This document shows positions 35,624 through 44,520 of a stretch of 64,000 nucleotides of DNA, in pieces. Each line of letters starts with the position of its first letter. Position 1 is the first letter of the stretch. The notes under the pieces were generated by a model, which saw only the letters and a program-made list of their open reading frames with translations, ran no database searches and was not told where the DNA came from. Origin of the DNA: Candidatus Saccharimonadota bacterium. GTDB lineage: Bacteria; Patescibacteriota; Saccharimonadia; Saccharimonadales; Saccharimonadaceae. The stretch lies in assembly GCA_009778675.1 (NCBI GenBank), contig WRFU01000001.1:797-64796 (forward strand), written 5' to 3'. The position numbers and the translations under genes were made by a program.

Positions 35624-36562
35624 TTAATGCAAGCGGAGGCGACGTTTTAAACCGCTTAACACCTTAAAAGCCGCATACCAGCCACGTTTACGGGGCTTTT
35701 CCCAGGTACCAAGGTAGCTTTTAGCCTGACCACCAAAAGATTTTTTGAACTTGGTAAAGCCATGCCAGGGGTGGGCAGGATCGCCGCTATCTGTTATACC
35801 ATAAAAATCGAACCATTTTAGACCTTTGACTTTGGCATCGATTATCATCCGGGCTAGTAGTATCGTGCTAGCAGCTAGTTTACGGTGTTCGTAGTCGGCC
35901 GCGGCATGGGCGTAATAGCGAGTAGTAGGGGAGTCATATACCAATGCGGCAGCGATAACAGGTTGGCTCGTGCCAGCCTCTGGCTTGTCTAATGTGACGT
36001 AATATAGCGTAGCCGCCCCAGAATCCACCTGTGCCCACAGATAATCCTCGGTGTGTACATGGATGCTATTATGCTTTGCCACAACACCGAGTAAATCAGT
36101 TAGATAGTGGATTTTGCTGGCATCGGTGGTGTGGTGCACACTTAGCCCTTTTTTGTGGTAATTATGGTACAGATTACGGTTGGTTTGCTGCATGCCGGCC
36201 AAAACGTCATTTTCGCTAGCCGATAAATCTAGCACCCAGGTGTGTTCGGGGTTAACTTGGCGGCTTTTATGAAAACCGTACTGATGCAGCGTATCTGTCG
36301 ATATTAGGCCAGTTGGCTCTATTCTGGTAAACATGACCCTTTTAGCCCGCGCCAGCTTGTGTAGGGAGTTAAATGCGCCTTCAAAGCCATTTTTGCCGCT
36401 GATATATGGACCGTAGGGTAGGTATAAATACCGCCCCAGGGGTGTGAACTCTAAAATCGCTAAATATGACCACCCCTGGCCGCTATCAGTAAATACTTGC
36501 TTGCCCAGGTGCTTGTTGAACCTTTCCCACTGCTCAGATTGCAAAAAGTGCTTTTCTTCCAT
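35624..36562 (-). CDS. FemAB-family peptidoglycan aminoacyltransferase
   Basis: The start is moved to MEEKHFLQSEQWERFNKHLG, a typical FemX-like N-terminus. That ATG is 6 nt after TATACT. The C-terminus has FDFYGI...GFTKFKKSFGG. The 75 aa upstream in the track ORF look non-coding. Confidence 0.6.
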   Translation of the reverse strand: MEEKHFLQSEQWERFNKHLGKQVFTDSGQGWSYLAILEFTPLGRYLYLPYGPYISGKNGFEGAFNSLHKLARAKRVMFTRIEPTGLISTDTLHQYGFHKSRQVNPEHTWVLDLSASENDVLAGMQQTNRNLYHNYHKKGLSVHHTTDASKIHYLTDLLGVVAKHNSIHVHTEDYLWAQVDSGAATLYYVTLDKPEAGTSQPVIAAALVYDSPTTRYYAHAAADYEHRKLAASTILLARMIIDAKVKGLKWFDFYGITDSGDPAHPWHGFTKFKKSFGGQAKSYLGTWEKPRKRGWYAAFKVLSGLKRRLRLH

Positions 36563-36734
36563 GCCTCTAGTATACGCTATTGATATATTAGCACTGCTAT
36601 GGTATAATACGGTCATGCTTAAGTTGTAGCTGCGTTGGTTATGACTCAGTGCAACTTGATAACTTGATTCTCGCGCTGTTATGAGCGTGTGACAATAATC
36701 TGAACGTTTGGTTCTATCGAGAAAGAGGTAGGTT

Positions 36735-37082
36735 ATGAGATTTGAAGAAACCCCAGGTTTGTTTGGGTCTGGTGTAGGCAGCGCCACAAACGGTGATTTT
36801 ACGTGTGGTGTATGTCATACAAGATACAATGAGGGCAATGACGAAAGCCGAGATTACTTTGGCGATTCTGTCCCTAACGCTTTCTTCGCTGGGCTGGAGA
36901 TCTGTGGCGATTGCTTTGAGCGGGTTGAAGACGAAGTTCTTAGAAGAATGAGTGATATTCTTCCATGGTATGGGAGAATCGTGGAAAAACGTCTGGCTAT
37001 GGCACTGCAACAACAAGCTGCAATTGATAGCTTGCCCGATGAGCCGCCCGTAGATAAGGAAGGTAATGGCCATGTCGGTTGA
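36735..37082 (+). CDS. hypothetical Cys-pair (zinc-ribbon-like) protein
   Basis: 115 aa with CGVC...CGDC and an SD (AAGAGGTAGG). I prefer it over the two long antisense track ORFs, which have poor composition. Confidence 0.45.
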   Translation: MRFEETPGLFGSGVGSATNGDFTCGVCHTRYNEGNDESRDYFGDSVPNAFFAGLEICGDCFERVEDEVLRRMSDILPWYGRIVEKRLAMALQQQAAIDSLPDEPPVDKEGNGHVG

Positions 37083-37245
37083 ATCATGTAGCACATGCGG
37101 AAACAGCACGAAAGATGGCAAACCGCGGGAGATGGAGCTTTGCCGAACGTGCAAAAAATACCCCCAGTGCCTTCGAGACGACAATTGGATTTCAGTGGGT
37201 TATGACAAAACCGATCCAGCCAATTCGCATCGCAGTGGTTGGTAA
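37072..37245 (+). CDS. small zinc-ribbon protein (57 aa), below the track cutoff
   Basis: My translation is MSVESCSTCGNSTKDGKPREMELCRTCKKYPQCLRDDNWISVGYDKTDPANSHRSGW. An SD (AAGGAAGG) precedes it and its start overlaps the upstream stop. Terminator 37271..37297 follows. Confidence 0.35.
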   Translation: MSVESCSTCGNSTKDGKPREMELCRTCKKYPQCLRDDNWISVGYDKTDPANSHRSGW

Positions 37246-37270
37246 ACGCCACTATCAGAATCAAGGAATC

Positions 37271-37297
37271 GGTCGGATCGTAAGATCCGGCCTTTTT
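37271..37297 (+). terminator. intrinsic terminator
   Basis: ggtcggatc-gtaa-gatccggcc followed by ttttt. Confidence 0.75.
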
Positions 37298-37347
37298 CAT
37301 ACTGTTTTATGTATTGACAATGTATACACACGGTATATACTAAAAGC

Positions 37348-37623
37348 ATGAGTAATGCAGTAATAAATATCCGTACAGATAAAGAACTAAAAGAAAAAGC
37401 CCAGGCCGTGGCCGACGAAATGGGTTTAAGTTTAAGCGCGCTGTTGAATAATCAGTTGCGCGAAGTAATCCGTACTAGGCAGGCTAGCTTTAGAGCTAAG
37501 CCCGAAAGAATGACCCCTAAAATGGAAAGTATCATCGCCGAAGCCATAGCAGAATACAACCGTGGCGAGTATTTAGGCCCATTTGATACTGCCGACGAAG
37601 CTATTAAGGCGCTAAAGAAATAA
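37348..37623 (+). CDS. RelB/DinJ-family antitoxin
   Basis: 91 aa with INIRTDKELKEKAQAVADEMGLSLSALLN (an RHH pattern). TTGACA-16-TATACT puts the ATG 6 nt after the -10. Confidence 0.8.
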   Translation: MSNAVINIRTDKELKEKAQAVADEMGLSLSALLNNQLREVIRTRQASFRAKPERMTPKMESIIAEAIAEYNRGEYLGPFDTADEAIKALKK

Positions 37624-37628
37624 TAATT

Positions 37629-37889
37629 ATGAGGGTGGTTATTCTCAAGTCGTTTTCGAAGCAGCATAAAAAACTACCACTTAAGATCCAGCAAAAATTT
37701 AGCGACAGGCTAAAGATATTTTTGACAGACTCTACCGATAGAAGATTACGGCTATACCCGCTAAAAGGTAAATACCAGGGTTGCTACAGTATTGATATTA
37801 CTGGTGATTTTAGGGCAATTTTACAATATCGAGAAGATGGTACAGTGGTAGTCTTTGCCTTTATCGGTACGCATAGCCAGCTATACTAG
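37629..37889 (+). CDS. RelE/YafQ-family mRNA interferase toxin
   Basis: 86 aa with ...LKGKYQGCYSIDITGDFRAILQYREDGTVVVFAFIGTHSQLY. Confidence 0.75.
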   Translation: MRVVILKSFSKQHKKLPLKIQQKFSDRLKIFLTDSTDRRLRLYPLKGKYQGCYSIDITGDFRAILQYREDGTVVVFAFIGTHSQLY

Positions 37890-37918
37890 TCATCAACTTC
37901 GGGGTTGATAACGTGCTA

Positions 37919-37947
37919 TTGACATTTTTGAGTGCTTGTGCTACAAT
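37919..37947 (+). promoter_or_regulatory. consensus promoter cTATTGACA-17-TGcTACAAT
   Basis: gctATTGACAtttttgagtgcttgTGcTACAAT, upstream of 37976..39145. Confidence 0.65.
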
Positions 37948-37975
37948 GAAAGCATAACTTAAATAACAAACAAAA

Positions 37976-39145
37976 ATGTCTGAAAAATTACCAAATAGCG
38001 ACGAAGTACTCGCAGCACACCAGCCAGAACAGTTAACTGAACAGCAAACTCAGATTCTTGGTGCCAAACTGGTTGAAATTAACCGAACGCTTGATACTTT
38101 ACCAACTATCACGACGGAAGGAATGCCCGAGGTCGACGATGGCCATGTTTTAAGTTTAAAGAGTGCTGAGGTTGATAAGCCAACGGGCGGTATTTTTATA
38201 AAAAGTGAAAAGTCTGATACGGTAGCAGATAGCTATGTCAACACTGAACAGGCAACTGATGCCCTAGGGCAGCTAGACGAGGAAACCGTTAACGGCGCAC
38301 AAATATACCAAGCAATGCAAGAAGCGCAGCAAGGATCAAGGCTAGAGCTAGATAACTTAGCGGCCATATCGAACCAAGACGCTCGTACTGTTGACGCTTT
38401 TTTGGGCCAGGAACGCATAGGTGGTGGCGCGCAGATGCTTGGTAACGAGCAGATTGAACTTGAAAATGGTGAGTGGCTTAGCCGGGATGAAATAACAGCA
38501 GCACTTGAAAAGCTGTTAGTAGACGACGGCAACAGCGGAGAGGTCGCACCGACACCACAAGATGGAGGCGAAACTTTAGAATCTGCTAAAAAAATCACTA
38601 AACGCGAAAAACTAGATAAGTTTAAAAAAGCAGCAGCCGTTATTGGTGCTACGGTGGCCACTGCTTTACTAATTAGCGTACCGGCCATTGCTCAAGCTCC
38701 AGGGTATCACCAGACGCCAGAGCCGACTCCGGCCATCACTTATACGGTTGAGACCCCAACGGCAGAGACTGTTAACGATAGGCTTACTGGCCCAAGGATA
38801 GGTGATATCAATCAGCTTAAAGAGGGGACTGAGTATACGATTGCCAGTGACCGCAGTGATGTCAGCGGTGAGATTGGTAATAAGTACCGTCAGCCTGGTG
38901 AATATACGGTTGATCGGGCGGCATTTTTAAATAGCGAAGGTAAAATTATTGGCACCACTCATCAACCCGGAGAGGATATTGAACAAGCTAAAACTGCTAT
39001 CGAAAATGAAACAGGACAAAAAGTTGATAAAACCGAAATACACTATAACCAGGGTGAAAGTTTAGAACATAATAAGCCAACTGGTTGGGTGGGGTATAAT
39101 CAGAGTAACTACGAATCAATTGGCAATGTTATGGATGGGAAATAA
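37976..39145 (+). CDS. hypothetical protein with central TM helix
   Basis: 389 aa with an acidic N-terminal half, a TM helix (AAAVIGATVATALLISVPAIA), and an extracytoplasmic C-terminal half. Confidence 0.45.
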   Translation: MSEKLPNSDEVLAAHQPEQLTEQQTQILGAKLVEINRTLDTLPTITTEGMPEVDDGHVLSLKSAEVDKPTGGIFIKSEKSDTVADSYVNTEQATDALGQLDEETVNGAQIYQAMQEAQQGSRLELDNLAAISNQDARTVDAFLGQERIGGGAQMLGNEQIELENGEWLSRDEITAALEKLLVDDGNSGEVAPTPQDGGETLESAKKITKREKLDKFKKAAAVIGATVATALLISVPAIAQAPGYHQTPEPTPAITYTVETPTAETVNDRLTGPRIGDINQLKEGTEYTIASDRSDVSGEIGNKYRQPGEYTVDRAAFLNSEGKIIGTTHQPGEDIEQAKTAIENETGQKVDKTEIHYNQGESLEHNKPTGWVGYNQSNYESIGNVMDGK

Positions 39146-39146
39146 A

Positions 39147-39389
39147 ATGCAACTACAACCGGGTGAAAAAATCACGCTAGACGACAACAAGGAGTACTTA
39201 GTTATTGGACGGGCTGATAGCTATGTATTGCTGGCAACAATCACAAAACCACTGGAATTGCAGGTGGTATCAGAAACTATTAGTGGTAAAAGTGTTCAAT
39301 TGGCTCGCGTTAAAGATAAAGCTTTGATTAAAACGGTTACTAGTAAAATTGCCCAAAATCTGGCTAGACCAATCGTAACGACGGATTAA
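39147..39389 (+). CDS. small hypothetical protein
   Basis: 80 aa starting at MQLQPGEKITL. Its 3' end overlaps the convergent tsaD by 26 nt. Confidence 0.4.
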   Translation: MQLQPGEKITLDDNKEYLVIGRADSYVLLATITKPLELQVVSETISGKSVQLARVKDKALIKTVTSKIAQNLARPIVTTD

Positions 39390-40614
39390 CATCAAGGTCA
39401 TATGGATCGGTAGGTTCGTCTTTTTTGGTGTGCCAGAAGCCGGCAGCTGCGACCATGGCGGCATTGTCGGTGCACAGATCTATGGGCGCATAGTCGATGT
39501 TAATTGGCAAGCGCTGTTTTAATTGTTGGCGCAGGTATTGGTTGGCCGACACACCACCAGCAATTACCACTGTTTTAGGCTTAAAATGATCATAAGCTAG
39601 TAGGGTTTTGTCTACCAAAGTGTCAACGGCGGTTTTTTCGAAACTAGCCGCAAAATCATAGCGTTGCGGATCTGTTAATAGCTCGGCTAGCTGGTGGCTG
39701 GGGAAACTAATTGGTTTACCGACCGCTTTCTGCACGGCTCGCAAAGTAGCGGTTTTTAGACCAGAAAAGCTGAAATCATACGGTGAATCTAGCTTGGATT
39801 TTGGTAATTTATATTTGTTACGGTCGCCTTTTAGTGCCGCTTTACTGATTTCGGGTCCACCAGGGTAGGGTAGGCCAATAATTTTGGCAACTTTATCGAA
39901 CACTTCGCCCACAGCGTCATCACGCGTGCTGCCAATAATTTCAAAATCGCCGTGGTTTTTAAGCATAATTAATTGGGTGTGCCCACCGCTTACCACGAGG
40001 GCTAGAATGGGGAAGGTTGGCAAAGACGAAGCCAGATGATCAGCCTGATTTTCGCCCTCCAAGCCGAGCGTTTTGTCGCTACGCGACAAAGCCGACTGCC
40101 CAAAATCCGGCTGATTATCTGGCTTCGTCTTTAGAAAATTAGCATAAATGTGGCTTTCAATATGGTGAATGGGGTAAAGTGGTTTGTTTTTTAGAATTGC
40201 CAGCGTACGAGCAGCTAGTGTACCAACTAGCAACGAACCAATTAACCCCGGCGCGTATGTTACAGCAATAGCGTCGATTTGATCCCAGGGGTCAGAGCGC
40301 AGCTGCTCAGTCGAATTTTCGCCCTCCAAGCCGAGCGTTTTAGCCTGCAACTTCTTGGGGCTAGCCGCCAAGAACTTGGCAGGTAAAGCCGACTGCCCAA
40401 AATCCAACCGAGCAGCTGCGCTCTGAACCGCTTCATCAATCACGGCATTAATTACTTCAATATGGCTACGAGCGGCTACCTCTGGCACCACGCCACCGTA
40501 AACTTTATGAATATCGATTTGTGAATTGACCACGTTGCTTAAAATATGTGTGCCGTCTTGCACCACGGCCGCCGCGGTTTCATCGCAACTGGTTTCTATG
40601 CCCAAAATTCTCAT
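39364..40614 (-). CDS. tsaD: tRNA N6-adenosine threonylcarbamoyltransferase with two in-frame repeat insertions
   Basis: MRILGIETSCDETAAAVV, HIESH and GGVSAN motifs. It is about 75 aa longer than typical TsaD. The ATG at 40614 is 7 nt after TGtTATAAT. Confidence 0.9.
   Translation of the reverse strand: MRILGIETSCDETAAAVVQDGTHILSNVVNSQIDIHKVYGGVVPEVAARSHIEVINAVIDEAVQSAAARLDFGQSALPAKFLAASPKKLQAKTLGLEGENSTEQLRSDPWDQIDAIAVTYAPGLIGSLLVGTLAARTLAILKNKPLYPIHHIESHIYANFLKTKPDNQPDFGQSALSRSDKTLGLEGENQADHLASSLPTFPILALVVSGGHTQLIMLKNHGDFEIIGSTRDDAVGEVFDKVAKIIGLPYPGGPEISKAALKGDRNKYKLPKSKLDSPYDFSFSGLKTATLRAVQKAVGKPISFPSHQLAELLTDPQRYDFAASFEKTAVDTLVDKTLLAYDHFKPKTVVIAGGVSANQYLRQQLKQRLPINIDYAPIDLCTDNAAMVAAAGFWHTKKDEPTDPYDLDVNPSLRLV
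40025..40129. repeat. palindromic insertion element, copy A, in frame within tsaD
   Basis: Outer inverted repeats are gacgaagccagatgatcagcc / ggctgattatctggcttcgtc. Internal modules are attttcgccctccaagccgagcgtttt and aaagccgactgcccaaaatcc. The centre is ttgtcgc-ta-gcgacaa. Confidence 0.8.
40293..40425. repeat. palindromic insertion element, copy B, in frame within tsaD
   Basis: Outer inverted repeats are cagagcgcagctgctc / gagcagctgcgctctg (perfect 16 bp). It carries the same two internal modules as copy A and a different imperfectly palindromic centre. Confidence 0.8.
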
Positions 40615-40660
40615 CACCCCTATTATAACACGCCTTTCTACGTAAAATATGCACGGAGCG

Positions 40661-40689
40661 TTGACAGCCAGCAGTTAGTATGATATCCT
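40661..40689 (+). promoter_or_regulatory. promoter TTGACA-17-(TGa)TATCCT facing an ORF-poor 330-nt region
   Basis: TTGACAgccagcagttagtaTGaTATCCT. Confidence 0.45.
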
Positions 40690-40696
40690 TGACAAG

Positions 40697-41024
40697 CTGA
40701 CTTTGAGTGTTTGGGTCTATTTTCCCCGATGTTAGAGGTTCCCCAAGGTGCGCCCTAGGGACAACGCTAGCTAAGGCTGGGTATATCCAGCAAAGTCACA
40801 ACTTTGCAGATTTATATATCGATGGGTATAAATCATTGAGCAATATTTTGTTCTATCATCAGAACAGCCGCCAATCGTGCGCAATACCTCCGAACATCCA
40901 TCGTAGCCAGTTCGTCGAGGTGGCATAGTTCCAGTATCATTGCACTTGCGTCCTCCCCGAAAGCACATAAGTCTAAAACTGGACAACTATGTAACAGCCC
41001 CACTTCGGTGAGGCTTTCCTTTTA
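40697..41024 (+). ncRNA. candidate structured ncRNA of unknown class
   Basis: It is bounded by the promoter above and by a cUUCGg-tetraloop hairpin plus ttccttttaatt (40996..41027). It contains several local hairpins: gctgg-gtatat-ccagc, gcaaag-tcacaa-ctttgc, gttct-atcatc-agaac, and cctccgaac...gttcgtcgagg. Only two implausible ~70-aa ORFs lie here. Confidence 0.3.
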
Positions 41025-41064
41025 ATTCCTTGGTACTTATAAGACGATCTTATAAGTCTACCGA

Positions 41065-41994
41065 TTAAGAACTGGTAGTGTTGTACTTTATAGTGCTGAA
41101 CATGTATTGTATACTCTGCAAAATAGCCTTTTCGTCATTTTTACTGCTAGTCATATCAGTATAAAGCCTGGCTTCAATATAGGAGTAGCTATTGCTAAGC
41201 GTTGCAAAATAAATTAGTAGGCGAGTATTTTTCATGGGCTTATTATTAACACCAATGGTGTAATCACCAGCTTTTCCAACAACAATACCCCAGGTTTGAC
41301 CGTTAAGTTGGGTGGTTGCGTAATCATGGTAGGCACCCTTTGATTGAAGCTCATCAGTAAAATTATTTTTCATATCATCAAAGGAAATGCTGCCGGTAAG
41401 ATGAAAATTATTATCAAACTGCATTGTGGAACCTCGCCAAATGGCGAGCCAAGTATCATTTGTTTTATACTTTAGGCCTAGGCCGTCATCACCCCAGTTA
41501 TCTTGTATAAAAGCACTATCTTGTTGCCAACTACCTGGCATCGAAACACTGATATTATCGCTTGAGGCTGCCGACTCTTGACTTTGCCAAATCGTTAAGC
41601 CCTGAGCTTGCCCCGGTGCATAACTCTTGGCGGAATATTTGTTGGGGTCTTCGAACAGGGTGCCGTCAGTTGTGGTTTCGTTAGCCCCAGTATTATTATT
41701 TGCGGCGGGTTGGCTAGGTTGATCTGGTGTAGTAACCTTACTGAGCAATGAAAATGCGACAATACAGACTACCGCAAGTACCAGAACCGACGACAAAGTT
41801 ATTAAGGTGACTTTTAGGGCGGTATTAGTTTTTGGCCGCGGAACTGCAGGTGGTGGCATTGGTGCTAGCTGCTGAGGATAAGGGGGATGATTAGGTATTG
41901 ATGTTGGTGCAAAATATGGTTGTTGGTCTGGGTAGGCAGGCTGTGGTTGAGGGCTTGGTGGTTGTTGTGGCTGCAATGGCTGCTGTGGTTTCAT
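41065..41994 (-). CDS. Pro/Gln-rich membrane-anchored extracytoplasmic protein
   Basis: 309 aa with a PQ-rich N-terminus, one TM helix and a beta-rich C-terminal domain. Confidence 0.5.
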   Translation of the reverse strand: MKPQQPLQPQQPPSPQPQPAYPDQQPYFAPTSIPNHPPYPQQLAPMPPPAVPRPKTNTALKVTLITLSSVLVLAVVCIVAFSLLSKVTTPDQPSQPAANNNTGANETTTDGTLFEDPNKYSAKSYAPGQAQGLTIWQSQESAASSDNISVSMPGSWQQDSAFIQDNWGDDGLGLKYKTNDTWLAIWRGSTMQFDNNFHLTGSISFDDMKNNFTDELQSKGAYHDYATTQLNGQTWGIVVGKAGDYTIGVNNKPMKNTRLLIYFATLSNSYSYIEARLYTDMTSSKNDEKAILQSIQYMFSTIKYNTTSS

Positions 41995-42037
41995 ATCTAC
42001 TTAATCTTATCATATCACAGTGTGTTAGAATTAAGGT

Positions 42038-43327
42038 ATGAAAAAGATACTTGTAAAAGTAGTGCGCAAAGCTTTGCCACAAGAGGTGACGCAAAAGTTG
42101 GAAGTTAATTACCGCAAAGCCCGGCTAAGTATGCTGGATCGCTATTATGGCCGGCCGGCCAAAGGCCTAAAAGTGATCGCCATTACCGGTACCAATGGTA
42201 AAACTACCACCGCTAATTACATTAACGAGATTTTAAAAGAGGCGGGTTATAAAACCGCGATGTTCACGACCGCTGTCATAGAAATTGATGGTAAACGGAA
42301 ACGCAATGATTACAACGCTACCATACCACCGGTCAGTGTGATAGAAAAGTTCTTCGCGGCTGCCAAGCGAGTAAAAGCCGATTACGTGGTGCTAGAGGTC
42401 ACCGCCCATGCCTTAGATCAGCACAAGCTAGATAATGTGCCGATTATGATGGCTATAATGACCAACCTGACCCAAGATCATCTGGATTATTTTAAAGATA
42501 TGGATCATTATGCGGCCGTCAAAGGCCTGCTGTTTAGTGGTGAGCCGCAATATATTGTGTTAAACCGCGACGACGATTGGTTTGACTATTTTGATAAGTT
42601 TAATGCCGGCGAGCTTAAAATAACTTACGGCAAAGATAAAGATTCTAGTGTCAAAATTAGTGATTTTAAACTATACAAAAAAGGCACCGAAGCCCATCTA
42701 ACCATTAATAAAGATCGCCTAGAAGTTGCCACTAATTTACCGGGTGAGTTTAACGTGTATAACATGGCTGCCGCGGTAGCTGCCACTAGCTTACTAAATA
42801 TCACAACCGCCAATATGCAAGAGGGGATTGCTAATTTAGAAGAACTACCTGGCCGATTTGAACGTGCCGTGCAGGGTTTAAGTTACGATGTGATAGTAGA
42901 TTATGCCCATACCCCAGATGCGCTAGAAAAGTTACTGCGCAGCACCAAACAAATCACACCGGGTCGGGTAATGTTGGTGTTCGGTGCCACCGGTGACCGC
43001 GACAAAGCCAAGCGCCCCATAATGGGTGAAATTGCAGCTAAAAACGCCGATAAAATCTATGTGACCGATGAAGAGAACTATCATGAACCGGCTGACGAAA
43101 TCCGCAAAGCAGTCATGTTAGGTGTGATTCGTGGTGGCGGCGAACTAAAAACTACCGAAATCGCCGACCGCTACAAAGCTATCGAAACGGCGTTGGCTGA
43201 TGCTCGCAAGGGTGACACCATCTTGATTACAGGTATGGGTCACGAAGTTTTCCGCATAATCAACGGCAAAAAACAGCCGTGGAACGACGTGGCAGTCATC
43301 AAAGAGATTTTAGCGGAAAAATCTTAA
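42038..43327 (+). CDS. murE: Mur ligase, MurE-like
   Basis: 429 aa with AITGTNGKTTT (P-loop), Mur ligase middle and C-terminal domains, and a short N-terminal domain. The ATG is 6 nt after TGtTAGAAT. Confidence 0.7.
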   Translation: MKKILVKVVRKALPQEVTQKLEVNYRKARLSMLDRYYGRPAKGLKVIAITGTNGKTTTANYINEILKEAGYKTAMFTTAVIEIDGKRKRNDYNATIPPVSVIEKFFAAAKRVKADYVVLEVTAHALDQHKLDNVPIMMAIMTNLTQDHLDYFKDMDHYAAVKGLLFSGEPQYIVLNRDDDWFDYFDKFNAGELKITYGKDKDSSVKISDFKLYKKGTEAHLTINKDRLEVATNLPGEFNVYNMAAAVAATSLLNITTANMQEGIANLEELPGRFERAVQGLSYDVIVDYAHTPDALEKLLRSTKQITPGRVMLVFGATGDRDKAKRPIMGEIAAKNADKIYVTDEENYHEPADEIRKAVMLGVIRGGGELKTTEIADRYKAIETALADARKGDTILITGMGHEVFRIINGKKQPWNDVAVIKEILAEKS

Positions 43328-43728
43328 CGGTCAGTATCACGGTAGTGTATGGTTCTGGTACCGTTGGTAGATCCGTCCCCAACACGTATAATGTTTTCAT
43401 TAGCCAGCACATAGCCATGTTCGCGCGAAGCTGTATTGTCTTGTTCAGATATTTGGTAATCATTACCAGTTTTTCGGCCGATGCTGGTGACGCCTTCTAC
43501 TGGTACATGCCTGCCATCAGTTGGGTCAATTAAATCATAGCCGTCATCAGTTTTAGCTAGATATCCAATGGCATCACCCCAATGTAGCTCTAGTAAAGCT
43601 GTGCCTAGTTTTTTATCTTGTGCGTTATCTGTTTCATTAGAATATTCAAACTCAAAAGGTACTATGCCATCTACTGGTATGACAGTTTCACCATTATGTG
43701 TGTCGTGGACTCTTTCTTCAATGCTCAT
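43324..43728 (-). CDS. FHA-domain protein
   Basis: 134 aa. The C-terminal segment IGRKTGNDYQISEQDNTASREHGYVLANENIIRVGDGSTNGT is the FHA core pattern. Confidence 0.7.
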   Translation of the reverse strand: MSIEERVHDTHNGETVIPVDGIVPFEFEYSNETDNAQDKKLGTALLELHWGDAIGYLAKTDDGYDLIDPTDGRHVPVEGVTSIGRKTGNDYQISEQDNTASREHGYVLANENIIRVGDGSTNGTRTIHYRDTDR

Positions 43729-43754
43729 ATTTGTTTTTAATTAAATATACTATC

Positions 43755-43783
43755 ATGGTAGCATACATAGCCCATAAAGTCAA
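43755..43783 (-). promoter_or_regulatory. promoter TTGACT-17-TGcTACCAT for the FHA gene
   Basis: The minus strand reads cATTGACTttatgggctatgtaTGcTACCAT. Confidence 0.6.
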
Positions 43784-43887
43784 TGAGCAAGCAACTTAGT
43801 TAGTAGAAGGCCATTATTATGCCTTAAGTTATCCACAGGCTTAACAGGGGTAGCGAAATTTTCTTAGCACGAAATTGGCTAAAAGTG

Positions 43888-43916
43888 TTGACTTTTTAAA
43901 ACGCTTGTGCTAGTAT
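43888..43916 (+). promoter_or_regulatory. promoter TTGACT-17-TGcTAGTAT driving the hairpin-array transcript
   Basis: gTTGACTttttaaaacgcttgTGcTAGTAT. It shares the gcttgtgcta context of the promoters at 20829 and 37919. Confidence 0.6.
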
Positions 43917-44070
43917 AGAAACATGCAAGAACAGCAATGGTCTTGCAGCCGGAGAGTAAGGTTGATTGGAAAGGTGCAGCGTAAAAAACTGTTGCCTTTT
44001 TATCATCCGAGCTTTCCACCTTAACAATTAATCATCATCTGATTCATAGCTTTAGCTAGTTTGTCTAAAC

Positions 44071-44520
44071 TTTGAGCTGATCATGCGGCGAGTATGTTTT
44101 TTACCTTTTGGTTTGACTCATGCTCTTCGCATGATCGGCTTGAACAATAGACTTCAATCTAGACTTCGAGTTGGTCATGCGGTAAATATGATTTTCAAGT
44201 TTTCTTGATTTGTTGTGTTTATCGCATGACCGACTTGAACGATGGATCTTTCTAAACTTCGAGTTGGTCGTGTAGCGCATGTGCTTTTTGGTTTTTAACT
44301 TTAATTTACGTTCGCTACACGACCAGCTGGAACGATAGATTCGGCCTAAATTTTAAGCTTTGTAATCGTGGTAAATGTATTAGTTAAGTTTTCTTGATTG
44401 GTATGTTTATTGCCTTATTGGTTTAGGATCGAGCCGGTAGCTTTTACTTTCGAGTTGATCATGCGGTGAATATATTTTTAAGTTTTCTTAATTCTATGTT
44501 TATCGCACGATCAACTTGAG
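44071..44520 (+). repeat. five tandem ~94-nt units, each a 17-26 bp hairpin with a U-rich ~30-45-nt apical region
   Basis: Hairpins are R1 44071..44144, R2 44165..44239, R3 44258..44332, R4 (degenerate) ~44352..44440, and R5 44449..44520. Example arms: ttcgagttggtcatgcggtaaa / tttatcgcatgaccgacttgaa. Confidence 0.85.

Noticed and set aside
35624-36787. The 75 N-terminal codons of the FemAB track ORF, and similar 5' extensions at 26619, 30685..31599, 35594, 60036, 60763, 61762, 8131, 9708 and 39120.
   Set aside because: In each case an internal ATG has a proper SD or the -10+6 leaderless spacing, matches the expected family N-terminus, and removes overlap with the upstream gene.
36714-37351. 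ORFs 36714..37184(-), 36854..37300(-) and 37079..37351(+).
   Set aside because: They overlap better-supported + strand genes that have SDs and Cys-pair motifs. 37079..37351 runs through the terminator and the relB promoter.
40707-40986. ORFs 40707..40928(+) and 40771..40986(-), and the idea that this region is tmRNA, RNase P or SRP RNA.
   Set aside because: The ORFs lack SDs and look random. I found none of the diagnostic motifs by eye: GGGG...CCA ends with a T-arm, GGAAAGUCC/ACAGAA, or helix-8 GGAA with AGCA. The region is kept only as an unclassified ncRNA candidate.
43864-43891. A second, degenerate CIRCE at the hairpin-array promoter (TTAGCACGA-N10-AAGTGTTGA).
   Set aside because: The left arm matches 7/9 but the right arm only 6/9 of consensus, and the spacing is 10 rather than 9. 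It is too weak to call, though it would be interesting if HrcA also controlled this RNA.
44071-44520. CRISPR array interpretation of the tandem repeats.
   Set aside because: The repeated arms alternate in inverted orientation and pair with each other. The intervening segments are themselves conserved between units (aagttttcttgatt), unit length is ~94 nt, and no cas genes are present.
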